Source: Pseudomonadota bacterium
GTDB taxonomy: Bacteria; Pseudomonadota; Gammaproteobacteria; Ga0077536
Length of the DNA stretch: 50,790 nucleotides
Reading direction: 5' to 3'
NCBI GenBank assembly: GCA_039030125.1
Contig: JBCCEV010000003.1
Coordinates: 1 to 50,790 of the forward strand
In this document: piece after piece, positions 1 through 9,747 of the stretch
Numbering within the stretch: position 1 is the first letter of the stretch
Layout: the number at the start of each line of letters is the position of its first letter
Translations under genes and position numbers: made by a program
Notes under the pieces: model-generated
The model's input: the letters and a program-made list of their open reading frames with translations, nothing else
Databases searched by the model: none
Told to the model about the DNA's origin: nothing

Positions 1-290
1 CGAACATGATGGCGGTGGCTCCGCTGTTCGAGCCGGTAAAGATGATGCAGGGCGGTGCAGGCTGGTGGCCGGCGGAGTTGGGAGTAGGTGGGCCCCAGCA
101 TCTCGACAAAGATGCGGCGCTCGCTGGAAATCGCGAACGTTGCCGAAACGCCATCAACCAGTTTGAGCGGTTCGTCGTCTTCCAGTTCGCGATAAATGAG
201 TACCGTGCTGCCGGGTGGCTGCGTGTCGATGAAAAGCTCGACGATATGTCCGTGCGGTGGCACCTGATGCGACAGGTCGTGTTCGATCAT
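1..290 (-). CDS. Hypothetical protein, partial (no stop before window edge)
   Basis: Manual translation from ATG at 290 gives MIEHDLSHQVPPHGHIVELFIDTQPPGSTVLIYRELEDDEPLKLVDG..., open to position 1; co-oriented with the upstream globin; missing from the ORF track because it has no stop. Confidence 0.45.
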   Translation of the reverse strand, partial: MIEHDLSHQVPPHGHIVELFIDTQPPGSTVLIYRELEDDEPLKLVDGVSATFAISSERRIFVEMLGPTYSQLRRPPACTALHHLYRLEQRSHRHHV

Positions 291-349
291 CCATGTTCTC
301 TTGATGCTTCCCTACGTAATAATAATAGCAGTAGTTCGACAATAAGTGG

Positions 350-796
350 CTAAAGCTGATCTGATTCTGCCGCGCTGTCCGCCATTGCTTGACTGCGCTT
401 AACGATTGCGTTGGCCGGTACCGATAATTGCTCGACTAGATAAGTTCGAAAGGCTTTATCGTCGATACACTCATCGATAGCTTGCGCCATGCAGCTTAGC
501 CATTGATCTCGCTCTGGCAGTCCAACGGTCAGGTGTTGGTGGGCCCGGGGGATATTCAGGGAGCCGTATTTCGCTTGATAGTTACGCGGTCCCCCCAACC
601 AACCACAGAGAAAAACCGCGAGCTTATCGCGGGACATCGTCCGATCAGGCGGGTGCATCTCCCAGATTGTTCTAAATCTTGGATCGGCTTCCATCAGGTC
701 ATAAAAGGTGTCAACCAATGCCCGGATCCCACGCTCACCGCCGGCGGCTTTAAAGGACGCATCACCAACACCAAACTTAGCGGGATCCGTTGTCAT
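350..796 (-). CDS. Group II truncated hemoglobin (trHbO-like)
   Basis: GG..GIRALVDTFY, FLCGWLGGP, RAH (proximal His) and ERDQWL motifs. Confidence 0.9.
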   Translation of the reverse strand: MTTDPAKFGVGDASFKAAGGERGIRALVDTFYDLMEADPRFRTIWEMHPPDRTMSRDKLAVFLCGWLGGPRNYQAKYGSLNIPRAHQHLTVGLPERDQWLSCMAQAIDECIDDKAFRTYLVEQLSVPANAIVKRSQAMADSAAESDQL

Positions 797-1074
797 CGAA
801 AGAATTCAACGGCGAAAGTGACCGGACCGGTGACCCTGACATGATGTTTTGCGGCCGGCAGGATATGAATGCTCCTTTGGGGGCTTGCTACCAGCGTTCT
901 TTCTTGACCGGCTTCGGTGACAACGAATTCAATCTCACCGTGGCTAACGACTAATTTCCCCCAAACCCCAGCGGCCGTTTGATGATCTTTCAGCAGGCCT
1001 TTGGGGACCGTTTCCTCAGTAAAGGCGGGGGTTGTCTTGTAACGCGTGAGACCATCTGGAAGCTGCTCGATCAC
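793..1074 (-). CDS. DUF1971 / TehB N-terminal-like cupin protein
   Basis: YKTTPAFTEETVPKGLLKDHQTAAGVWGKL...HHV...VEF pattern; 4-nt overlap with the globin gene. Confidence 0.8.
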   Translation of the reverse strand: MIEQLPDGLTRYKTTPAFTEETVPKGLLKDHQTAAGVWGKLVVSHGEIEFVVTEAGQERTLVASPQRSIHILPAAKHHVRVTGPVTFAVEFFR

Positions 1075-1153
1075 GAGTCAAACCTCTACAGATAGCTCAC
1101 TATGGATGTGTTGCAGCATGCCGCTCGTGTGGGTGAGCGGTGTGGCGAATGTC

Positions 1154-1483
1154 TCAAGCGTTCTGCGCGGCTTCTAAATCCGCTTTTCGAGCGCGTACTT
1201 CTTCAACGTCGCACACGTTGCTATCGGCAAGAATTTTCTCCGCGGCGCTAAGCCAGTAGAGATAGTAATCTTCGCCGGTGTCGCTAGCGCCCGCAGCTTT
1301 GATCTCTTTGGCAATATAGTCGGCCCAGTCCGGCCATGTGAAATGGCCTTCTTGATGCAGGTGCACCACGATCCCAAACGCGCGCGCCTCCCACGGTTCG
1401 CGAAACACAATGTCATGGTCATCATCGAGAGGCAGGCGCGAGATCTCGTCGAGCGAGGGTAGATTTGAACGCTCGGTAGTCAC
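1154..1483 (-). CDS. Nitrile hydratase accessory/activator protein (P14K-like)
   Basis: FREPWEARAFG...FTWPDW...YYLYWLSAAE; GTG start at 1483 overlaps the beta-subunit stop (TAGTG). Confidence 0.9.
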   Translation of the reverse strand: MTTERSNLPSLDEISRLPLDDDHDIVFREPWEARAFGIVVHLHQEGHFTWPDWADYIAKEIKAAGASDTGEDYYLYWLSAAEKILADSNVCDVEEVRARKADLEAAQNA

Positions 1484-2154
1484 TAATCGTCGTCCCGCGC
1501 GGACACCAAATAGTCGTCCCAGAGATCGACGAAGATAGAGTCGTTGGCCGAAGCGCCCGCGCCCCAAACTTCCTGCGCGCTGAAATAAACGCTGTAGCAG
1601 TGCTGTGGTTTCTCGCCCTTGCCGTGCGCGCTGCTATCTGGAAAAACGAACACCCCGTGGTCCTTGTCGATGCAGCCGAGCTTATCGCGAACATATCGCG
1701 GCAGGCGCGTGTGACCCGAAGGGTTAATGTTCTTAACGATCACCATGTCGCCTTCTTTGAACTTCGGCTTCGCGTCGATATCAATGCGGGCGCTGGCGCC
1801 ATGAGAAACGATTTTCGGCACGGCTTCGGGCGCCAAGGCGGGTTCAATTTTCTCCGCGTTCGGATCGGCCTTGCCGGTGCTGAGTTCATCAGCGCTAATC
1901 AAACCGTTTGCCACCAAGACCGTTTCGAAAGCGTGAAGCCAGTGTTCGTAATAGGAACTGTCCAGATACTCCAATGCCCCCATGCGCTCGATAGCATGAC
2001 GAAATTCATCGAGGTTGTAGCCACCGGCGGCAAACGTGGTGGGAAACATCCCCATTACGCGCTTTTCCCAATCGTGATGGAACACCGGCTCGTTCTTTTC
2101 AATTTCCAGCGGGCCCATGCCTTCCATGCCGCCCATATCGTGAATACCGTTCAA
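1483..2154 (-). CDS. nthB: Nitrile hydratase beta subunit
   Basis: MNGIHDMGG N-terminus, DEFRHAIERM, SYYEHW, GHTRLPRYVR, VDLWDDYL. Confidence 0.97.
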   Translation of the reverse strand: MNGIHDMGGMEGMGPLEIEKNEPVFHHDWEKRVMGMFPTTFAAGGYNLDEFRHAIERMGALEYLDSSYYEHWLHAFETVLVANGLISADELSTGKADPNAEKIEPALAPEAVPKIVSHGASARIDIDAKPKFKEGDMVIVKNINPSGHTRLPRYVRDKLGCIDKDHGVFVFPDSSAHGKGEKPQHCYSVYFSAQEVWGAGASANDSIFVDLWDDYLVSARDDD

Positions 2155-2177
2155 CGTTTTAAACCTCAGTATTGACC

Positions 2178-2795
2178 TTAGCTTGGCGAAAGCGCTTCGG
2201 TCACGCCAATCATTGAATCACGAGTCACCAACTCGGCAAGTTCTTCCTCGCTCATGCTCGCGGTGCCTTCGGGACGCTTGGGCAGCACCATGTATCGCAG
2301 CTCCGCGGTCGAATCCCAAACCCGAACCTCGACCTCCTTCGGGAGTTTTGTCCCGAATTCCTTCAGCACACCGCGCGGATCTTTAACCACGCGAGAACGA
2401 TAGGGGGCGGCTTTGTACCACACTGGGGGCAGGCCCAGTGTTGGCCATGGATAGCACGAGCAGAGTGTGCACACGATGACGTTATGGACTTCGTCGGTAT
2501 TTTCCAGTACCACCATGTCTTCGCCTTGGATCCCCGAATAGCCCAGTTCAGAGATGGCGGCGGTGCCGTCTTCCAGCAGCCGTTGTTTGTAATCCGGGTC
2601 GCTCCATGCCTTAGCAACGACTTGCGCACCGTTGCGTGGGCCGACTTTGTTTTCGTAAGTATCAACCAGGGCATCGATCGCAGCGGGGTCGATAATCCCT
2701 TTCTCGGTTAATAGGGTTTCCAGCGCTTTAACGCGCAATTCCGGATCCGTGAGTTTCCGGTTATGCGGATGCGCGTGATCGTGGGTGTCGCTCAT
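2178..2795 (-). CDS. nthA: Nitrile hydratase alpha subunit, cobalt type
   Basis: VCTLCSCY metal-binding motif (Thr/Tyr = Co-type; Fe-type has CSLCSCT); His-rich N-terminus. Confidence 0.97.
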   Translation of the reverse strand: MSDTHDHAHPHNRKLTDPELRVKALETLLTEKGIIDPAAIDALVDTYENKVGPRNGAQVVAKAWSDPDYKQRLLEDGTAAISELGYSGIQGEDMVVLENTDEVHNVIVCTLCSCYPWPTLGLPPVWYKAAPYRSRVVKDPRGVLKEFGTKLPKEVEVRVWDSTAELRYMVLPKRPEGTASMSEEELAELVTRDSMIGVTEALSPS

Positions 2796-2809
2796 GGGAC
2801 CTCCGCAAA

Positions 2810-4330
2810 TTAGGTGTTTTTCCAGTCATATTTCTGTTCAAACGCATAGGCGGCATTCAGGATTTTCGCCTCTTCATAATGCTTGCCAATGAGCATCATA
2901 CCGATTGGCAAGCCCTCTGACATCGCGCAGGGCAGCGTCATCGCGGGATGACCGGTGGCGTCAAAAGGCGCGGTGTTGGGGAGCATCTCAAGGGCCCTGG
3001 CAACATACTCTTCGCGTGAGCAATTGGGATCTGGGATCTTGGTGGCCTTGAGCGGTAGCGTTGGCATAACTAACAGATCGTACGCCTCAAGCGCCGCATC
3101 GTAAGTCGCACGCAATTTACGAGACAGATTTTGTGCTTTTGAGTAGTACCGCCCGTTATAGGCGTTTTGCATATATTCAGCCACCAGGATCACAAGTTTC
3201 GTCGTCTCTGAAAGATCGTTTGCTCGTGTCAGGCGCCCGCCAGCGAAGGCATCGAGCAGGCTGGTATTGTACTCACCGCGCCAATTCGTACCCATGCTGT
3301 TGCCGTTGAGCATAACCTGCAAGGCACCTTCGAAAGCGATCGGGCTCCAAATCGCCGTACCATCGAGATGCATCGGAATGGAGATCGATTCGACTTCGGC
3401 GCCAAGCTTCCCGTAACTTTTGGCGGCTTTCTTGACGGCCTGATCGACATCTTTTTCCGAGAGTCCGGCCCAGCCGAAGCCCTCTTTGACGATCCCTATT
3501 TTCAAACCTTTAACATCACCGCTAAGCATCTTCGTGTAGGCCTGGGTTTTGACGCTGTATTGGCGGGGATCGAGCCCATCCTCGCCAGCGATCACCTCCA
3601 ACAGAAGCGCGCAATCGGTGACGTTTTGGGTCATGGGGCCAAGATGATCGATCGTGAGCTCAATTGGGAAGGCGCCGGTATAGGGCACCAGACCGTGCGT
3701 TGGCTTCAAACCATAGATGCCGCACCAGCTCGCCGGCATGCGCACCGAACCCCCTTGATCGCCACCGATCGCCATATCGACTTCACCCGCTGCAACGAGC
3801 GCCCCGCAACCTGCCGATGAGCCACCGGTCGTGTGTTCCGGGTTGTGTGGATTGCGCACTGGACCGGTGGCGTTGGTATGACTGCCGCCAGAGAAACATA
3901 AGTTCTCGCAAACCGCCTTGCCAACCACTTCCGCACCGGCGTCCAGGACCCGCTCAACCACGGTCGCGTCAACGTCAGGCACATAGCCTTCGAGTACGCC
4001 GCAGCCGTTCATCATGGGCACGCCGGCAACGCAGACGTTGTCTTTAATGACGACTGTCTTGCCTTTGAGCTTGCCTCGGCTCGCGCCTTTGATCGAACTT
4101 TTGTAGTACCAGGCACCGAGTGGATTTTCATCGGGCTCGGGCCGGTAACCAATACTGCGCGCATAGCGTACCGGTCGTTTAGGTTCCACCAGCTCATCGA
4201 CCCGCCGGTAAGAGTCGAGTGCGCCATCAATGAGCCCCAGAAAGGAGGCCATGTCTTCGTCGGTCAAATCGAGCCCGTGCTGGGCGGCGATGAGTTCTAG
4301 GTCTTCTGGCGTCGGGTTATTGACCGGCAT
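2810..4330 (-). CDS. Amidase (amidase signature family)
   Basis: IKDN Lys, [19 protein letters not shown] Ser-cisSer-Lys triad; directly upstream of nitrile hydratase. Confidence 0.95.
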   Translation of the reverse strand: MPVNNPTPEDLELIAAQHGLDLTDEDMASFLGLIDGALDSYRRVDELVEPKRPVRYARSIGYRPEPDENPLGAWYYKSSIKGASRGKLKGKTVVIKDNVCVAGVPMMNGCGVLEGYVPDVDATVVERVLDAGAEVVGKAVCENLCFSGGSHTNATGPVRNPHNPEHTTGGSSAGCGALVAAGEVDMAIGGDQGGSVRMPASWCGIYGLKPTHGLVPYTGAFPIELTIDHLGPMTQNVTDCALLLEVIAGEDGLDPRQYSVKTQAYTKMLSGDVKGLKIGIVKEGFGWAGLSEKDVDQAVKKAAKSYGKLGAEVESISIPMHLDGTAIWSPIAFEGALQVMLNGNSMGTNWRGEYNTSLLDAFAGGRLTRANDLSETTKLVILVAEYMQNAYNGRYYSKAQNLSRKLRATYDAALEAYDLLVMPTLPLKATKIPDPNCSREEYVARALEMLPNTAPFDATGHPAMTLPCAMSEGLPIGMMLIGKHYEEAKILNAAYAFEQKYDWKNT

Positions 4331-4448
4331 GGGTGTCTCCTGGGTTATTGCGGATCAATTTACACGCTCGAAAGCCCCGGATAAACCACGCGTCGCACGG
4401 GGGGATTTGGTTTTGTCCCCGCCCTAGGACTCAGTTCGGTTTGCGAGC

Positions 4449-6728
4449 TTAGGGCAGGCTCCGCAGGTCATGTAAAACAGGATCGCTTTTGACTGCGATT
4501 TCATTGTCGATGAGTGTGCCGCAACCCGGGCAAAAGAATTGCCGGAACTCGACGGCGTCGTCGATATACTTTTCTGGATCGCCAATTAAAGGGTTCGAAG
4601 CGGCGACAGCGCGGTCTTCGCGCACGCAGGCATCTTTGTAGTTTCCACTCGATTCACCAAGGACGGTTGAACACTTCTCGCAGGTCCAATAGCTAGTGCC
4701 ATTTTCTTTGCGTACGTTGATGCCGCTCTGCGCTTCATAGATTAGCTCGCCGCCGCTTTGTTTAAGATCGGATGCCGGTTTCGTGCGCGCTTTGCGCACC
4801 GCGGCGCGATGGGTCTGGGTAGCGCCGGGATCGACGCGTCCACCACTGCTCAAAACGGCGCCGTAAATTTCATGCGCTGCGTCCTCGCTGATTGCGTAGT
4901 TTTCTAGATCGCTATCGATATCCAGTGGGTCACGATCAAAGGGATCGCCAAAACCACCGCCGCCGGTCCACCGCACCGCGTAAACGTCGCTCGGGTGTTG
5001 CTCAAAGTTCTGTTCGCGCAATTCCAAGTGCGTGTCCGTGCCCACGACTTCACTGGCGTCCTCGGGCATTTCGCTGCGTTCGATGCGGGCCATGATGTCG
5101 CTGTCGCGAACGAAGGTGTACGCGTTAGTGGTGGACGGGTAGCCACCCATCATGCCCGATGAGGTCGGGGTGGCGTTGCCGGAGGACAAGGTATCTTGCG
5201 TGATGTATTCGGTGTTGTGCGGAATAAAGCAACTCTCCGCACTCAAACCCCCACGGTATTTACCCGCGCCGCCAGAGTCAGCAAGCTCTTTGCGATAGAG
5301 AAACAAGACCGGGAAACTCTGCTCGGTATGTTCGACGTTCGGTAACTGGCAAATCGGTGTGCGTGATTGGCCGCCGGTGTTAATGCCGTCGGCTTTCGCG
5401 AAGGCGCCAATGGCGCCGCCGATCGGATCAACGAGCAAGTAACCGTATTTTTCGCCCCATTGATCGGTGCCGCGAAAAATCGTGGCTGGCCACTGACTTG
5501 TCCCCCCAATGCACATGATGTCGCGACGAAGTTCATCGTCGGGATAGATGAGCTTGGAGATCACGTTGTAGGCGGGGTAGAGCGAAATTTCCATGGATTG
5601 AATTGGCGCGGTCGATACCGACGCTGGAAAATCGGCGCAGTTGAATGTCCCTGGCGTAGGGTCGAATTCAATATGGCGCAGGGCGCCGCCCACGGCGAAA
5701 TACTGGTCCCAACACAAAAGCTCATTGATCGCGACCATGATGGAGCCCCGCCAGCCTGAATAGGTCGCGTTCATCGCGCCGTCTTGCGGCGCCGTCCCGT
5801 CGTTGGTGAATAGAAGTTTATTGCCTTCTTTGCGCAAACCGATCATCACGCGATGGGTGCGGCGGTCGCCGGGGCGGCAGGCTTCGATATAGGTGCGATC
5901 AAACCACTCGCCATCCGGCAGCCGCGCCATCTTATCGAGAAAAGATTTCTCGGAATTGTCGACGATCTGTTTCATCACGCCCTTAACGGTTGCCGGGCCG
6001 TACCGTTTGATCAACTCGATAACCCGATCGCGCGCGGTGGTGTTGCCTGCTAATTGCGCGCGAAAATCGAGTGCTACCAGCTCGGGTTTGCGCGAGCAGC
6101 GCAAGTAAACCGCTTCGATGTCCTTGCGGACTTCGTAGTTCTCGACGATCTTGAGTGGCGGCAACAAGATCCCCTCATCAAAGGCCGACTCCGCTGACGG
6201 GCAAAAGCTGCCCGGCGTAATGCCGCCAATGTCGTACTGATGCAGGCAATTGGTGACCCAACAAAAAAGCTCGCCTTCCCAGAAAATCGGACACAGCAGC
6301 ATCACGTCCTGTTGATGTGCGGCCCCCACCCAGGGATCGTTGGCGATGAACATATCGCCCTCGGTGATCCCGGGGTTATCGCTGCGGTTTTCCAGCGTCC
6401 ATTTCACCTGGGTGTCAGTCACGCCGGACATGTATTGCATGTAGGGCCCGAAATAAACGAACTCCGCGTCTTCGGTGAGGATCGATGGGTTCAAATCCAA
6501 CGCGTACATGGCTACCGGTGAGCCCGACAGGCGTTGAATTGTGGCGCCATGCTCTTCATTGATCTGCCATAGATTGTGGCGCACCACCTCGTAGGTCACC
6601 GGATCGATTTCGCGATCCCAGGTTTGATGAAGCTTGAGCTTGGGCGAAATATTTAAGGTTTCCCCTGGCACGTAAGGATGATTCACACCGTCAAAATTGA
6701 CGCCGGTCGTTTGACTAATACGGGTCAT
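4449..6728 (-). CDS. Hydantoinase B/oxoprolinase (acetone carboxylase alpha-like) subunit with fused C-terminal acetone carboxylase gamma-like Zn domain
   Basis: NDPW...AHQQD, CLHQYDIGG..PGS, DSGGAGKYRGG, GGGGFGDPFDRDP; C-terminal CEKC...YKD...RQFFCPGCG. Confidence 0.88.
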   Translation of the reverse strand: MTRISQTTGVNFDGVNHPYVPGETLNISPKLKLHQTWDREIDPVTYEVVRHNLWQINEEHGATIQRLSGSPVAMYALDLNPSILTEDAEFVYFGPYMQYMSGVTDTQVKWTLENRSDNPGITEGDMFIANDPWVGAAHQQDVMLLCPIFWEGELFCWVTNCLHQYDIGGITPGSFCPSAESAFDEGILLPPLKIVENYEVRKDIEAVYLRCSRKPELVALDFRAQLAGNTTARDRVIELIKRYGPATVKGVMKQIVDNSEKSFLDKMARLPDGEWFDRTYIEACRPGDRRTHRVMIGLRKEGNKLLFTNDGTAPQDGAMNATYSGWRGSIMVAINELLCWDQYFAVGGALRHIEFDPTPGTFNCADFPASVSTAPIQSMEISLYPAYNVISKLIYPDDELRRDIMCIGGTSQWPATIFRGTDQWGEKYGYLLVDPIGGAIGAFAKADGINTGGQSRTPICQLPNVEHTEQSFPVLFLYRKELADSGGAGKYRGGLSAESCFIPHNTEYITQDTLSSGNATPTSSGMMGGYPSTTNAYTFVRDSDIMARIERSEMPEDASEVVGTDTHLELREQNFEQHPSDVYAVRWTGGGGFGDPFDRDPLDIDSDLENYAISEDAAHEIYGAVLSSGGRVDPGATQTHRAAVRKARTKPASDLKQSGGELIYEAQSGINVRKENGTSYWTCEKCSTVLGESSGNYKDACVREDRAVAASNPLIGDPEKYIDDAVEFRQFFCPGCGTLIDNEIAVKSDPVLHDLRSLP

Positions 6729-6739
6729 GACAATACTCC

Positions 6740-8848
6740 TTAGGCGGTATTAGGGTCGATCACGAAATTACCCAGATCGTCGACCGCAACCTTCTGGTCT
6801 GGATGAACCACCATCGACGTGGTTTGCGTTTCGACCACGCAAGGGCCGTCGATGCTGTTGCCGGGTTTAAGTTTATAACCATCAAAGATGGGTGTGGCCG
6901 CGATTCGCTGCCATTCAGCCCAATAAATTTCGCGCTCGCCGGTCTGCGCATCATCGGGGATCTGGTCGCTCATTTCCGTCGCGCGTTGAAGGCTCGGTTT
7001 GATCGACGTCGCCTGGGCGCGGCAGCGAAAGGTCACCGCTTCGAGTCTGGCGCCCGGCAAGGCCGCGCCTTTGCCATAAAGCCGCTCGTAACGTTCCACA
7101 AAGCGTGCGCGCAGCGCTTCAAGCTGATCGGTGGCGACTTCGCCGCTGTCCAGATCAACCTCCACTTCGTTGATTTGTCCACGGTGGCGCATGTCAATGG
7201 AGAATGAAAATCGTTGTTGCGCTTTGGGGATCCCGTCCTCATTAAGTTGGCGTTCGCCATGTGCGTGGAGATCGCCAAGCAGCGCGTTGATTTGCGACAC
7301 GTCAAAGGGTGAGGACATGATGTTCACTTTCTCATCAACATGCAGCGTGTCTGCCGATGCGGCACCAAACGCACACCACACCGCGGCGGTATCGCCCTGT
7401 GGAACAATCACGCTTTTGACGCCGAGCTCCCGCGCGGCGACGCCCATGTGTACCGGTCCGGCGCCACCGAACGCAAAGACCACGAACTCCCGTGGATCGA
7501 GTCCTTTTTGGACGGTAACTTTGCGGATCAAATCCGCCATCTGGAACTCGGCAATCGTCGCCACGCCACTGGCTAATTCGTACAAGCTCATGCCGAGTTC
7601 ATCGGCCAGTGCTTGAAGCGCGGCTTCGGCAGCGGCTTTATCCAGCGAGAGAGTGCCGCCGGCGAAGTTTTCAGGGTCGAGATAGCCGAGCACCAAGTCG
7701 GCATCGGTGGTGGTGGGCACGGTTCCCCCGCGGCCGTAACACACCGGACCTGGCGCGGCACCCGCGCTGTCGGGGCCCACGCGTAGAGCCTTTGTAGCCT
7801 TGTCGATCCAAACTTTGCTGCCACCGCCGGTGCCCAAGGTTTGCACATCGACCTTGGGTAAGAAGTATTCGTATTGGTTGACCAAGCTCTTGTAGGAGAC
7901 CACCGGTGCGCCTTCGTGAATCACGCCGACGTCGAATGAGGTGCCGCCGAGATCGGTGGTAATGATATTGGGATGATTCATAACCTGACCGAGGTAAACC
8001 GATCCCGTGACGCCCGACACCGGTCCTGAGTCCAAGGTTAACAACGGCGCTTGTTGGGCCTTTTTAACCGAGATCGTGCCGCCAGCGCATTGGGTGATCT
8101 GAAGCGGCGGCTTGTAGCCCATATCTTTGAGGCGGGCATCAAGCCGGGTGACATAGCCAACGGTTTCCGGGCCAATGTAGGCGTTGAGCGCAACCGCCGT
8201 CGTGCGTTCGTACTCACCCCACTTCGGCGCCAGTTCCGTGGAGCAGGTGACATAGGTGTCGCCAAGGATTTCCTGGGCGAGCGCTTTGATCCGGTGTTCG
8301 TGTTTCGGTTCGAGGAAAGACCACAGGCAACAAATTGCCAAAGCTTCGCAACCGGCGCTCTTCAATTGTTCAATAGCGTGCCGGGCCTCATCCTCGTTGA
8401 GATCGACAATGACTTCGCCGAAGCAATCCACCCGCTCTGAAACTCCACGGATCAGACGCTTGGGGATCAGGGGGTCGGGCTTGCTGCTCTCTGGGATATG
8501 CACGATCAATTTAATGTCCTGACCACTCAGCCCGCGGGAACCCCGCATGATGTGGATGACATCGTTATGCCCTTTGGTGGTGACTAATCCCACCTTCGCG
8601 CCACGGCGTTGAATGATCGTGTTGGTGCCGACCGTGGTGCCGTGGGCAAGGACGCTGATGGAGTCCAACAGCTCGTCGACGGGCAGGCCGATCCGATGAG
8701 CGGCGCGGTTGATTGCTTCAAGCACACCCTCGGCGAAGTCGTGCGGTGTCGACGGTGCCTTAGCGATCGTTAGCTGTCCGCTATCGTCGATGAGAACGCA
8801 GTCGGTGAAGGTGCCGCCGATATCGAGGCCACAGAGGTAAGAGGGCAT
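6740..8848 (-). CDS. Hydantoinase A/oxoprolinase (acetone carboxylase beta-like) ATP-binding subunit
   Basis: DIGGTFTD, HGTTVGTN, SGPVSG, DLGGTSFD, GPDSAGAAPGPVCY, FGGAGP. Confidence 0.93.
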   Translation of the reverse strand: MPSYLCGLDIGGTFTDCVLIDDSGQLTIAKAPSTPHDFAEGVLEAINRAAHRIGLPVDELLDSISVLAHGTTVGTNTIIQRRGAKVGLVTTKGHNDVIHIMRGSRGLSGQDIKLIVHIPESSKPDPLIPKRLIRGVSERVDCFGEVIVDLNEDEARHAIEQLKSAGCEALAICCLWSFLEPKHEHRIKALAQEILGDTYVTCSTELAPKWGEYERTTAVALNAYIGPETVGYVTRLDARLKDMGYKPPLQITQCAGGTISVKKAQQAPLLTLDSGPVSGVTGSVYLGQVMNHPNIITTDLGGTSFDVGVIHEGAPVVSYKSLVNQYEYFLPKVDVQTLGTGGGSKVWIDKATKALRVGPDSAGAAPGPVCYGRGGTVPTTTDADLVLGYLDPENFAGGTLSLDKAAAEAALQALADELGMSLYELASGVATIAEFQMADLIRKVTVQKGLDPREFVVFAFGGAGPVHMGVAARELGVKSVIVPQGDTAAVWCAFGAASADTLHVDEKVNIMSSPFDVSQINALLGDLHAHGERQLNEDGIPKAQQRFSFSIDMRHRGQINEVEVDLDSGEVATDQLEALRARFVERYERLYGKGAALPGARLEAVTFRCRAQATSIKPSLQRATEMSDQIPDDAQTGEREIYWAEWQRIAATPIFDGYKLKPGNSIDGPCVVETQTTSMVVHPDQKVAVDDLGNFVIDPNTA

Positions 8849-8958
8849 AGGCTTGCAGGCTTTTTTGGGCAGTTCGTTGTTATGACTAAACAGGGACCAA
8901 GCCCTGTCCTCCCCAAGTTTACAATGGCCGGGGAGTGCTATAAACCGATGATAGAACC

Positions 8959-9747
8959 ATGAGTGAACCTTTGATTCAGCTTGCTCGCGATAGCCGCAAC
9001 GTCGTTACGGCCACCATGAACAGACCCGAGAAGAACAACGCTTACAACGGCGCGCTATTGCAAGCCCTAACCGGGGCGCTGGCGTCTTCACGCAATGATG
9101 ACGCGGTGCGCGCCTTGGTTGTTCGCGGCGCCGGTAAACACTTTCAGGCCGGCGCCGATCTCGATTGGATTGGCGCACTCAGCAAGCAGGACAGCGCTGC
9201 GAACCGAGCGGCCTCGGCGTTGACCAGCAATACGATGAAGGCCTTGTTTGAATTTCCGGTACCGACGATTGCACTGATCCAGGGCGCGTGTATCGGCGGC
9301 GGCACAGGGATCGCCGCATCTTGCGACATTGTGATCGCCGAGGAAAACGCGGTTTTCGCGATCAGCGAAGCACGCTGGGGAATGATCGCAAGCATCATTT
9401 TTCCGCAGCTGGTTCAGGCGATCGGTTTGCGACACGCGCGCCGTTACGCATTAAGCTGCGAGCGTTTTGACGCCACCCAAGCAAAGCTAATGGGTTTCGT
9501 TCACGAAGTAGTGAATCCTGGTGGCCTTGATGTAGCGCTCGAGGCACTCCTTGCCTCATTGCTGCGGGCCGGGCCGGAGGCGCTGCGAGAGAGCAAACGG
9601 TTGTTGTTAGCGCACCCCGATGTCCAATGGCACGAACTCGAAGCCGCGCATGCCAAGGCGCGTCAAAGCGCTGAGGCCGCAGAGGGGATTATGAGTTTCA
9701 AACAACGACGCGACCCATCCTGGTTCTCCCCGACCGATCTCCCTTAG
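8959..9747 (+). CDS. Enoyl-CoA hydratase/isomerase family (methylglutaconyl-CoA hydratase-like)
   Basis: NRPEKNNA, FQAGADL, GACIGGG, FAISEARWG. Confidence 0.9.
   Translation: MSEPLIQLARDSRNVVTATMNRPEKNNAYNGALLQALTGALASSRNDDAVRALVVRGAGKHFQAGADLDWIGALSKQDSAANRAASALTSNTMKALFEFPVPTIALIQGACIGGGTGIAASCDIVIAEENAVFAISEARWGMIASIIFPQLVQAIGLRHARRYALSCERFDATQAKLMGFVHEVVNPGGLDVALEALLASLLRAGPEALRESKRLLLAHPDVQWHELEAAHAKARQSAEAAEGIMSFKQRRDPSWFSPTDLP

Noticed and set aside
6-353. 115-aa plus-strand ORF as a complete gene
   Set aside because: Beyond ~codon 30 it reads as the antisense shadow of the minus-strand ORF and ends in low-complexity NNNSSSS
2178-2795. Fe-type, NO-regulated nitrile hydratase explaining the adjacent globin
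   Set aside because: The motif is CTLCSCY (cobalt type) and the accessory gene is P14K-like
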